Below, in pieces: positions 1-9,328 of a stretch of 64,000 bases of DNA. Position 1 is the first letter of the stretch. Each line of letters starts with the position of its first letter. The notes under the pieces are model-generated. The model made no database searches. It saw nothing but the letters and a program-made list of their open reading frames with translations, and was not told the origin of the DNA. The DNA comes from an uncultured bacterium (lineage in GTDB: Bacteria > Zixibacteria > MSB-5A5 > GN15 > FEB-12), in assembly GCA_965372795.1 (NCBI GenBank), contig CBDVDR010000010.1:46992-110991 (forward strand), given 5' to 3'. The translations under genes and the position numbers were made by a program.

Positions 1-565
1 TTTTTCATATTCACCCAAATCTTTATATACCAAAGCTAAATTGGACTGACTTGATGCCATAGAAGGATGTTTGTCACCGAAGTTTTCAAAACTTGTTTGC
101 AGAGCTAATTCTAACAACTCTCTTGCTTTTTCATATTCACCCAAATCTCTATATACCAGCGCTAAATTGGACTGACGTATCGCAACAGTAGGATGCTTGT
201 CACCATAATTTTCGATATCAAGATGTAAGGCTTGTTCTAAAAGATCCCTTGCTTTTTCTAAATGACACAATTCTTGATATATTAAAGCCAAATTGAATTT
301 ATCTATTGCTACAGAAGGATGTTTTTCACCGGATATTTCTATTCCTGTACGTAAAGCTTGTTCTAATAACTCTCTTGCTTTTTCAAATTCACCCAAATCC
401 TTATATATCATCGCTAAATTGGACTGACTTGTTGCTACAGAAGAATGTTTTTCACCGTGTTTTTCAATATTTGTTTGCAAAGCTTGTTCTAACAACTCTC
501 TTGCTTTTTCAAATTGACCCAACTCTATATATACCATAGCTAAATTGGACTGTAGACTTGCTGTT
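1..565 (-). repeat. 126-bp tandem coding repeats (42-aa TPR units)
   Basis: gctaaattggactg recurs at 35, 161, 413 and 539, with a degenerate copy at 287, giving a 126-bp period. Confidence 0.9.
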
Positions 566-3500
566 ATATCAGTATGGTCACCCCTGAGTTGCTTTAAAAG
601 AGCCTCACCAAAAGGAATGAAACGAAATTTATCTATTGGATTATCATTTGATTGTTCATAACTAAGTAGTCCTGCAACACTTTTGGAAAGAAGCTTCAAA
701 TCATCTATTGTAATATCCAGCCTAAAAATAAGTGCCTCAACCAGCACCGGGTGCATTTTGTAACTGTCGGTTTTATTATCCTTTAATACAAAACCTTGAT
801 CGCAAACATTCTCAAGCATCCCCCCGAATTCATCACTCCAGTCAAGCTTATTCTTATCTAATAACCTTGATAAGAATTCAAAATCTATCCATTGATTAGG
901 CAGGGCACTGAACTGTTTTAACAGATAAACTTCCTGCTCGCTAAGCCCGCTAATATCAAAAATACTCGTTATATATGATTTGATGCGATCAATTTTAGCA
1001 ATTTTATTAACATTATGTTTTACTTTAATCCCCGCTTTGGCATCTTTCGTGAAGGCACTTCTAACTGTTTCATATTTCCAGTGATTTCTGTGTGCCGACT
1101 TTGCCAGTATTTCAATGGTAAGTGTGTGAAGCTCCACTCCCTTAACAATAGACCGTATTTCTTTAGTAGAAAAACTACTATGATATTTGTTAAATAATTC
1201 TATTGCTTCATCTTCAGGAAGAAAATCCAAATCTATTATTTTGAAATTCTCGATACGTTCCCGCGATGTTACCAGAAGGTGCCATTCTGGTGCTTTAGGC
1301 AGCATGTCAAAATGTTCTGCCAGACTTTCATGAGCGTTATCTATTATAAGGAGTTTAGGTTTTTTACTTTGTAAAGTACGCAATTTATTCAAGCAGCTAA
1401 TTAACGGTTCGCTCAGTTCTTCCTCTGCTATTTTTAAATTCTTTATAAGTGATGTATTTGCAATTATTGCTTCTTCCAAACTGTTCTCTATTGTCAGCAA
1501 TACTATATGGTCATATTCATCATAAAACTCTGTCAGGTAGACAGCCGCTAAAGTTGTTTTACCAATTCCACCCATCCCATTAATAAGAGCCGTATCGTGG
1601 TTTTGCATAAGTGATTCACGCAGATTTTGCAAATCTATTTCTCTGCCCACAATATCTTTTTTGGGAATGCGTACCAATGCCGTAAGTTCTTTGGGATAAG
1701 AATTATCTGACCCTGCAATAGCATCATCTAATTTATCAATAATTATCTTCGTATCTTTTTTAATTTCTGAAGTATCTACTTTTATTGCTTTTGAAAGATT
1801 GAACAGATCAAAAACATTATCTGAAATTGTAAATATTTCTTCTTGATAGTTTTCCCCAAAAGCGAGTTTTTTTAGTTCCTCATCTGCTTCGATATTTTTT
1901 TCAAAAATGTTAAAAAAATCGTGAATCTGCTCTTTTTCAGGTACTTTGATTTTGTCGTTATTTTTTAATTCAGACAAAATTATTTCATTTGTTTTATAAC
2001 CTGCTTTACAGAAAAAACGATGTTTTAAAAGTTCTACCAAAAATATCTTTGACTGATAGAACAAGAGCTTATCATCGAAATCGGCCACGGGATTTGCTCT
2101 GCTGTATTCTTCTATTGTATTGTCAATAATCTCTGTAAATATTGACTGAAGTTTATATCTATTCTCTTTTGTTATCCAGCCTATGCCTTTTTTTATACCA
2201 TATGAAACAAATGTATTTGCTCCATTTTCTGAAAGTGTCATATAATTAGAGGATCGCTTACTATGAACTTCAGTATAATTTTCTGGGAAAACTGATAATT
2301 TCTCTTTCTGATTAACATTTAAATACAATTCATTGTACATTATATTTTTTGATTGATCATTGGTTGCTTTTAGAATTGTTTTTTCAATACGAGACAAATC
2401 ATCAATCAAATCATATACTCTAACCATTTCATAAGATTTAGGACATTGTAATTCTTTATAATTTTCTCTAAATCTCATCAAATCATCATATTTATAAAAA
2501 GTTGGTGATTTAGATTTCAAACATACAACACATTTACAAGGTAAAAGTTTATTATATTTCAATCTGGAATAACTGTTATGTATTTCATCTAAAATAAATA
2601 TAACTTCTGTATATAATTCTTTCCTACCATGCCCAGACACTTTGATTGACAATTCTCCCTTGCCCTGTTCTTCTATGATCTCAGCCCTATTTCCTTCACT
2701 CTCTAAGACTACTCCTTCTCGCCATACTAATGCTTGATTCACTATGTAGTTATGCATACTGATTATAAATTGAGTTATGATCCCTTTTGGCATAAACTCA
2801 TAAGAATATTTCAACTGTAAATTATCTTGATAATTCCAATTATAATCTGGTTGTTCCCTACTTAATAACTGAGGTACAATATATTTTTTATCAGAAGAAG
2901 GAATTTCATAACACAACATAAAATTCTTCATCAATTGCAACAACTCAAGATATTTATTATGTAATTTAGGTTCACTCCAAATCTCTTTAAGTTCGGCAAA
3001 TGCAAAGTGTCCTTTGTTTGCTAATAAATACTTATGATCAAGAACTTTATACATAGTATTAATACACCATATAGGATTTAAAATAACAAACTCACTTAAT
3101 ATAGAGTCTTCTTGAAAATGGATAATAACACCAAGATCTTGTAAAAATTGACTGAAAAAAAGTTGATCTCTCTTTCCAGTTAAACCATTTTTATCACAGA
3201 TAGTTAAAAATTCATCTAAACTGATATAATTTCTATTATCACTATTCAATATCTCACGTACATTTTTCCAAGTTTTAGGTATAATAATTCCAATATGAGG
3301 AAGTTTTTGAATATTAGACTTGATTGCATTTATGATTTCTGATAAACCACGATTATTTTCTAAATTTGTTGAAAATGAGTTTTTGAAATTAGTAAACTCT
3401 TTATGAAGTACAGATTCGTTGATATCTACTTTTCTATCACTCTTTTCATTCTTGATGATTAAAATCGGACTATCCGCACTGAATAATTTAATAGTATTCA

Positions 3501-5202
3501 ACCAATAATTAAGATCATTATCCTCATTCCGGCTATCAATCACAAGAAGAAATAGTGATCGATTGGTTAGAAAAAGCTGGTGAGTTTCATGATAAATCGG
3601 TTGGCCACCAAAGTCCCAAATATTAACACGTAATATCTCACCATCATCACTTTTAATAATCCATTTTAAATTGTTGATTCCTTTAGTAGGACTTTGATCT
3701 TGTTGTAATATCCAATCAGTATTTTCAATTTTTTTAGCAAGCGATGTTTTACCTACCCCTGCTTCCCCTAAGATAAATAAATTTGCTTCGTTTATATAAT
3801 CAGATCCTGTTTCATTAAGTTGACGATAATACTCTTGAAGTGATTCTATTCCTTTAGATGCCACTTCATAAGGAGGATCTACAAGTAGATTATTCACGCA
3901 GTTAAATACACACAATGAATGAAGATTCACTATTTGTTCAGATATCTTTTCAATCGCATTGTGACTAATATCTAATTCTTTCATATTTGTTAATAAAAAC
4001 AATGAATCTGGTAAAGTTTTTATTTTATTATTTGAACAATTTAAAGAAATAAGAGATTCTAATTTTTGTATTAAGTCTGGTATTCTTGTAATCAAATTAT
4101 TACTAATATTTAATGATCTTAGGTTTTTTAGTTGAAATATTTCTTTAGTTAATTCTTCTATGTTTGCATTACTTATATCTAATTCTATTATATTATTATG
4201 ATTATCTGTTCTACATTTAACAAATCCCTTTCCTAACTTCTCCTCTAACACTTCAATTATTGATAAATCTTCTCCTGGCTTGCTCAAATTACATTCTTCA
4301 AATATGTATTTTGTAAGATTGACTAATTCCTTCCCAACCATTCTTTTAGGATCTTTTTGGGGTGGTATTTCTTCTCCAAAACCATATTCAGGTTTATATG
4401 GAATTGACTGACTAATAATATATGTTAAAGCATCATTTTGATTCTCAACAGGTAAATAATCAAATAATTTTTCAGAGGCGTTCTGTTGCCATTTGATCAA
4501 CAAATTTCCTTCTGCAGCTTGTTCAACTCTTGAAGGAAGAACAATAAGCTGAGGTGGATTTTTTTCTACTCGATAATTAGGTGAAATCTCATTTATATTA
4601 TGAGCAATATTTTTAATACCTTCTATATTTTGTTCATTTAGTGCAAACAACATTACGACTGCATCAGGTATTTGAATTGTACATATTCCACCTATATCAG
4701 TTGTGCCTGTTCGGCTGTCTATGAGACAAATATAATATTTCTTCTTTATTTCATTTTTTAAATACTCAATAAAATTGAAACCTTGCCAATTTTCGTATAG
4801 ATCCTGCCAATCAAAATCATTAACTTTTGAAGCATAATCGCTGTCAAATCTTCCACTTGGAAGTAAAGATATACTGCCCCCACCTTTAAATTTTTCTATA
4901 TTTGGGAGAACATACTTATCTAAGTTGATTAATTCATCTTCTTTAATAGGTTCATCACTTGTAAGTAATTTTTTATACTCATAAAATAAATCAATTAAAC
5001 CAAAATCAATATTATCATTTTTGATATCAAAAAAACGATGAATCCCAGGTGCTTCAAGATCCCAATCAATAACAAGTACATTTAAATTATAATCTTTAGC
5101 AAGTACCCAAGCTACACTTGCAAGAGACATACTTCGCCCTACTCCACCTTTATATGAATAAAATGTAAATATTTTTGAACTTTGCATTTTTAAACTAACC
5201 AT
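1..5202 (-). CDS. Giant multidomain NTPase: KGGVGR ParA/MinD-like ATPase + LRR + Roc-COR + NB-ARC/STAND + TPR (3' end outside window)
   Basis: Manual translation gives no stop from ATG 5202 (AGGA 9 nt upstream) to base 1. Motifs: FYSYKGGVGRS (KGGVGRS at 5131-5151), IDWDLEAPG, LIDSRTG; five ~23-aa LRRs (~4190-3870); GEAGVGKTS (3742-3768), WDFGGQ (3601-3618), YEFMPKGII; GMGGIGKTT (1552-1578), LLIIDNA, LLVTSR, YKMHPVL; repeats of SNLALVYKDLGEYEKARELLEQAL. Confidence 0.93.
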   Translation of the reverse strand, partial: MVSLKMQSSKIFTFYSYKGGVGRSMSLASVAWVLAKDYNLNVLVIDWDLEAPGIHRFFDIKNDNIDFGLIDLFYEYKKLLTSDEPIKEDELINLDKYVLPNIEKFKGGGSISLLPSGRFDSDYASKVNDFDWQDLYENWQGFNFIEYLKNEIKKKYYICLIDSRTGTTDIGGICTIQIPDAVVMLFALNEQNIEGIKNIAHNINEISPNYRVEKNPPQLIVLPSRVEQAAEGNLLIKWQQNASEKLFDYLPVENQNDALTYIISQSIPYKPEYGFGEEIPPQKDPKRMVGKELVNLTKYIFEECNLSKPGEDLSIIEVLEEKLGKGFVKCRTDNHNNIIELDISNANIEELTKEIFQLKNLRSLNISNNLITRIPDLIQKLESLISLNCSNNKIKTLPDSLFLLTNMKELDISHNAIEKISEQIVNLHSLCVFNCVNNLLVDPPYEVASKGIESLQEYYRQLNETGSDYINEANLFILGEAGVGKTSLAKKIENTDWILQQDQSPTKGINNLKWIIKSDDGEILRVNIWDFGGQPIYHETHQLFLTNRSLFLLVIDSRNEDNDLNYWLNTIKLFSADSPILIIKNEKSDRKVDINESVLHKEFTNFKNSFSTNLENNRGLSEIINAIKSNIQKLPHIGIIIPKTWKNVREILNSDNRNYISLDEFLTICDKNGLTGKRDQLFFSQFLQDLGVIIHFQEDSILSEFVILNPIWCINTMYKVLDHKYLLANKGHFAFAELKEIWSEPKLHNKYLELLQLMKNFMLCYEIPSSDKKYIVPQLLSREQPDYNWNYQDNLQLKYSYEFMPKGIITQFIISMHNYIVNQALVWREGVVLESEGNRAEIIEEQGKGELSIKVSGHGRKELYTEVIFILDEIHNSYSRLKYNKLLPCKCVVCLKSKSPTFYKYDDLMRFRENYKELQCPKSYEMVRVYDLIDDLSRIEKTILKATNDQSKNIMYNELYLNVNQKEKLSVFPENYTEVHSKRSSNYMTLSENGANTFVSYGIKKGIGWITKENRYKLQSIFTEIIDNTIEEYSRANPVADFDDKLLFYQSKIFLVELLKHRFFCKAGYKTNEIILSELKNNDKIKVPEKEQIHDFFNIFEKNIEADEELKKLAFGENYQEEIFTISDNVFDLFNLSKAIKVDTSEIKKDTKIIIDKLDDAIAGSDNSYPKELTALVRIPKKDIVGREIDLQNLRESLMQNHDTALINGMGGIGKTTLAAVYLTEFYDEYDHIVLLTIENSLEEAIIANTSLIKNLKIAEEELSEPLISCLNKLRTLQSKKPKLLIIDNAHESLAEHFDMLPKAPEWHLLVTSRERIENFKIIDLDFLPEDEAIELFNKYHSSFSTKEIRSIVKGVELHTLTIEILAKSAHRNHWKYETVRSAFTKDAKAGIKVKHNVNKIAKIDRIKSYITSIFDISGLSEQEVYLLKQFSALPNQWIDFEFLSRLLDKNKLDWSDEFGGMLENVCDQGFVLKDNKTDSYKMHPVLVEALIFRLDITIDDLKLLSKSVAGLLSYEQSNDNPIDKFRFIPFGEALLKQLRGDHTDITASLQSNLAMVYIELGQFEKARELLEQALQTNIEKHGEKHSSVATSQSNLAMIYKDLGEFEKARELLEQALRTGIEISGEKHPSVAIDKFNLALIYQELCHLEKARDLLEQALHLDIENYGDKHPTVAIRQSNLALVYRDLGEYEKARELLELALQTSFENFGDKHPSMASSQSNLALVYKDLGEYEK

Positions 5203-5213
5203 AATTTCATATC

Positions 5214-5879
5214 CTACCCAGGAGGACGAAGATTTTTGCTTTTAATCTCATTATGATTAAAGTATTTATCAGAAGTTTCCAACATTCTCACATTAGTAGG
5301 AGCATCTTTTCTATCCTTTAGATATTTATCTAATAGTGATAGCTCCATGAAGTTATGAAGATCATCCTCTCTTGTAACAATTCTACATTTCAACCCATTG
5401 AAATATTTTTTGGGAATTGATTCTAATTGTTGAGTATACAATTCATATAATGCTCCTTGAATGCCTGTAGGTTTTTTAGAACAGAATAAAAAACAAGAAC
5501 AATGAGATTCAGAATCACAACAAGTATCAATAGTAGGTATTAGCTTTGAATACTTTTCATGAAGTAGAGCAAAATTATCAATTATATATAAGGATGCTCT
5601 TTCTAAAAAAGAAACACGATTACGATCATCATCAAAATCAACATCTTCATTTGCGCATATAAATTTATTTTCTTTTGATTTTAATATTTCTATTATAGAT
5701 TTGTCAGAAAAAGGTTTCCAATCTTCTGATACATTTCCATAAAGAGTGTCCTTATTTCGATCAAGCCATATAGCTATTGACGATTTCCCCTTCCCCTTTA
5801 GTATTTCACACACTTCTGCAACTTCACTATGCCTAAGTGCAACAATAATGTAATTTAATGTCTTTTCAGTATTTTCCAT
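5214..5879 (-). CDS. Hypothetical protein resembling the FxsC C-terminal domain
   Basis: YGNVSEDWKPF and LYIIDNFAL recall the YYG..DW.P(Y/F) and hhhDxW/F motifs of the FxsC C-terminal domain. It lies immediately upstream of a KGGVGR ATPase, the usual FxsC partner. Motif recall only. Confidence 0.5.
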   Translation of the reverse strand: MENTEKTLNYIIVALRHSEVAEVCEILKGKGKSSIAIWLDRNKDTLYGNVSEDWKPFSDKSIIEILKSKENKFICANEDVDFDDDRNRVSFLERASLYIIDNFALLHEKYSKLIPTIDTCCDSESHCSCFLFCSKKPTGIQGALYELYTQQLESIPKKYFNGLKCRIVTREDDLHNFMELSLLDKYLKDRKDAPTNVRMLETSDKYFNHNEIKSKNLRPPG

Positions 5880-6711
5880 TACAAAGTCTATTTATAGATT
5901 CTAATTTTCCGATTACATCTTCTTGAGATCTCCTAAATTGATTATCTTCACTTAATTTTTTTATAGGGTAAAAATAGAAGCGCCATTTAATTTCAATATC
6001 ATCGACACTATCATAATTGAGAATCTTTTTAAAAATTTCAATCAAACCATTTAAATCTTCAAGTAATTTTGCAATATCATAATATAGTATTTTACTGTAA
6101 TTATTTAAATCTTCATTTTGTATATTTTCTATCGTCTTTAATGCTACTGAGTAAATCCCTGATAATTCATCTTTGTTAAATACATTATTAATGTTTGATT
6201 TTTTTATCTTTATAAGAAGGTGATTAACTTGCCTTGTAATTTGTAAAAAACTTGATGCGGGAAATGCAGGCAAACTATCTCTATATTTAATCAAAAAACT
6301 CAGAAATAAAGTAGATGGAATTAACAGTATAATTAAAATCTTAAATAATAATTCTGCCACTACTTCTAATAAACCTTGAAAAGATGTTAAACCAAAGATG
6401 TAGATATCTTCTTGAATACCTATATATCCACACATCAATAAATTTATAGTTAAAATAATAAACAACATTAACAAAGGTCTCATTATTTGACCTCTGAATG
6501 CAAAATAGCAATCCCTTTGAAAATGATTTATCAAAATATAGACAGTAAATAAAAAAATTATTGTAAAAGGAAGACTTAATGCAGGATTTAGATTGAATAT
6601 CTCAATTTTTGAAATACCATAATAACTCATCATCACTGTTACAAGGCTAATTAAATATAGTCCCCACAACCGAAATCCTAAGTAGTAATCTAACGTAAGA
6701 AGTTTACCCAA
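5866..6711 (-). CDS. Membrane protein (about 4 N-terminal TM helices plus helical soluble C-terminus)
   Basis: Four hydrophobic segments in the first ~140 aa, TTG start, 14-bp overlap with the downstream gene. Confidence 0.75.
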   Translation of the reverse strand: MGKLLTLDYYLGFRLWGLYLISLVTVMMSYYGISKIEIFNLNPALSLPFTIIFLFTVYILINHFQRDCYFAFRGQIMRPLLMLFIILTINLLMCGYIGIQEDIYIFGLTSFQGLLEVVAELLFKILIILLIPSTLFLSFLIKYRDSLPAFPASSFLQITRQVNHLLIKIKKSNINNVFNKDELSGIYSVALKTIENIQNEDLNNYSKILYYDIAKLLEDLNGLIEIFKKILNYDSVDDIEIKWRFYFYPIKKLSEDNQFRRSQEDVIGKLESINRLCNGKY

Positions 6712-6924
6712 AGTATATCCCTGATTTCCTTTAAATAAAAATGAGTAATTTATTATTAACCTAAAATGGCATAATATGTCAATATATTAATAATTTTTAA
6801 AAACTGCAATATTTACTAATTCTTATGTAAATCATGATAGATGCTGGTTAGTTGTATAGAAACGCACTCTAAGTCTCCCACAATTCTTAAGTAAACCTAA
6901 TTCATATAGTATTTTTTATACTCG

Positions 6925-9327
6925 TCATATCACTGCCCTACTCTCATATAAAGATGCTTGGAAGCCTATGAATGTATCCCGAATTGAACTAATATCACCC
7001 AATTCTCGTTTCGCATCAGGAATCGCTTTGTATTTTAGAATCAATAGATCAGGAAGTTTCTTTACATCAAGCTCACTTACGCCAGATTCCACATACTGCT
7101 TTAAAACAAAATCCAAAAATATTCGCTGTTTGGATTCATAACCATCATAATGTGACTTTGCAAATTCCGCTCTTTGACTTCGTTTTACAGGATTGGTACT
7201 AAATGCCACAAAAGACAACACATCATACAAATCACTATCTTCCGCATGAATCATTTGTTGTAAATCTTGTAATTGGTTTGGAGTAAAGCCATGCTCATTC
7301 AATTCTTGTAAGAGTTGTTTTCGAGTATCTGGGTTGCTCCAAATAGCACGTAATTCATCTTCATCCTTGAAAAAATCAGGCAAGGCATCAAACATTGACT
7401 TTAAAAATTCTTCTGCTGAGATAGGTTTCCCATCAGGACTCCAAAAAGATGTCTGCACCATAAAATCTAATTCACGTACTTTATTATCTGATAATTTAAC
7501 TTTTATCATCTTTCGAGGTGGCTGTTTATCACATTCACAAGGTGCTTTTCCGCAAAACTCACATCGTTCAGGTGGGTCAGTATCGCACACACAAGGTCTC
7601 TCACCACATGTTTGGCATACTTTTGGAGGTTCGTCTACACAAATACATACAACCTTTCCGCATTTTTCACAGGGTAAAGCATCGCCATCCCATTCAGGAT
7701 CAAAAAAATGATAATGCGCTCCGACAAAATCATATATTGTAAAATAATCCTTACCCTCAAATAAGCGGGTTCCACGACCAATAATCTGCTTGAACTCGAT
7801 CATCGAATTTACTTTACGCATGAGAATAATATTTTTAAGCTCAGGAGCATCTACACCGGTACTTAATTTCTGTGACGTTGTTAGAATCGTAGGGATGATT
7901 TTCTCGTTATCCTGAAAATCCCGTAAATGCTGTTCACCCCGCTTGGCATCATCAGCTGTAACTCTATGGCAATAGTTAGGATTGGTGCTGACAGACTGTT
8001 GGTTGATCAAATTTCGAACCCCAAGAGCATGTAGCTGGGTGTCACAAAACACAATCGTCTTTTGGTTTTGATTCATCATTTCCAAAAACAGTTTTACCCT
8101 ATACTTTTCCCGTTCCATTATTTCAATCACACGATTCATTTCATTCTCGGTGTAAATCTTTTCCTTATCAATCTTACCCTCTAATATTATATCATCAGAA
8201 GTATAGATATAATCATCAACTGTCGTACGTATCTGCTTCACTCTAAATGGTGTCAGAAAACCGTCATTGATTCCTTCTTTGAGAGAATAAATATAGACAG
8301 GTTCACCGAAATACTTATAAGTATCAATATTCTTATCCCGCTTTGGAGTTGCCGTAAGACCTAACTGCACTGCGGGACTAAAATATTCCATAATCGCTCG
8401 CCAGGTGCTTTCATCATTGGCACCACCACGATGACACTCATCTATAACGATAAAATCAAAATAATCTTTTGGGTATTCTCCAAAGTATGGTTCGCCATTA
8501 TCACCGCTCATAAAGGTTTGGAAGATTGTAAAGAAAATAGAACCGTTGGTAGGCACTTTCCCTTTTTTACGAATATCGTCTGGGCGGATTCGCACCAAAG
8601 CATCTTCTTCAAAGGAAGAGAAAGCATTAAAAGCCTGGTCTGCTAAAATATTTCTATCTGCTAAAAACAATATACGAGGAAGCCGCTTACCATCTCTTCG
8701 TAAATTCCATCTACTATGGAATAATTTCCAGGCAATCTGAAAAGCAATTGCGGTTTTTCCTGTTCCGGTAGCAAGAGTAAGCAGTATACGATTTTCACCT
8801 TTAGCAATAGCTTCCAATGCTTTTGTAATGGCATTTTCCTGATAGTAGCGAGGTTGCCAGGTGCCACCCCGATCTTCAAAGGGAACCGTATGTAATTTAT
8901 CCCGCCATTCTCCTGCTTCTTTATTGATGCTATCTTCTTCGGCAAAGGTCATCGCCCACAATTCATCTGGTGATGGAAATTTATCTACATCCGCTTCTTT
9001 ACCTTCCAGCATATCGATACCATAAATCTTCAACCCGTTACTGCTGTAAGTATAGCGTACCTGTAACCTGCCAGCATAATCTTTGGCTTGCCCAACCCCT
9101 TCGGTATAAGGTTTTTCATCAGACTTAGCTTCAATAACTGCAAGATTACGGTTTTTATATTGTAAGACATAGTCGGCAAAGTCAGGTTTACTTCGTTTCC
9201 CGTTTCCGATTAAACGACCCTTTGAGATAGGGAACTCCATGCGGATACGAGATCCATCCACAACACCCCATCCTGCTTGTTTTAAGGCTGGGTCAATATA
9301 GGTTGCTTTAGTTTCCGCTTCGTTCAT
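6925..9327 (-). CDS. hsdR: Type I restriction enzyme R subunit (EcoAI/EcoEI-like)
   Basis: ADY..IEAK nuclease motif, ATGTGKT, IDECHR, GLTATP, QIIGRGTR, and an EcoEI-type C-terminal domain. Confidence 0.95.
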   Translation of the reverse strand: MNEAETKATYIDPALKQAGWGVVDGSRIRMEFPISKGRLIGNGKRSKPDFADYVLQYKNRNLAVIEAKSDEKPYTEGVGQAKDYAGRLQVRYTYSSNGLKIYGIDMLEGKEADVDKFPSPDELWAMTFAEEDSINKEAGEWRDKLHTVPFEDRGGTWQPRYYQENAITKALEAIAKGENRILLTLATGTGKTAIAFQIAWKLFHSRWNLRRDGKRLPRILFLADRNILADQAFNAFSSFEEDALVRIRPDDIRKKGKVPTNGSIFFTIFQTFMSGDNGEPYFGEYPKDYFDFIVIDECHRGGANDESTWRAIMEYFSPAVQLGLTATPKRDKNIDTYKYFGEPVYIYSLKEGINDGFLTPFRVKQIRTTVDDYIYTSDDIILEGKIDKEKIYTENEMNRVIEIMEREKYRVKLFLEMMNQNQKTIVFCDTQLHALGVRNLINQQSVSTNPNYCHRVTADDAKRGEQHLRDFQDNEKIIPTILTTSQKLSTGVDAPELKNIILMRKVNSMIEFKQIIGRGTRLFEGKDYFTIYDFVGAHYHFFDPEWDGDALPCEKCGKVVCICVDEPPKVCQTCGERPCVCDTDPPERCEFCGKAPCECDKQPPRKMIKVKLSDNKVRELDFMVQTSFWSPDGKPISAEEFLKSMFDALPDFFKDEDELRAIWSNPDTRKQLLQELNEHGFTPNQLQDLQQMIHAEDSDLYDVLSFVAFSTNPVKRSQRAEFAKSHYDGYESKQRIFLDFVLKQYVESGVSELDVKKLPDLLILKYKAIPDAKRELGDISSIRDTFIGFQASLYESRAVI

Positions 9328-9328
9328 G

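Noticed and set aside
1..565. 126-bp periodic repeats as a CRISPR array or DGR template/variable repeats
   Set aside because: They are in-frame coding TPR units with no unique spacers, and no cas or reverse transcriptase gene is in the window.
306..1197. Plus-strand ORFs 306-539 and 1015-1197
   Set aside because: They are antisense shadows of the giant minus-strand ORF; the internal repeat in 306-539 only mirrors the TPR repeats.
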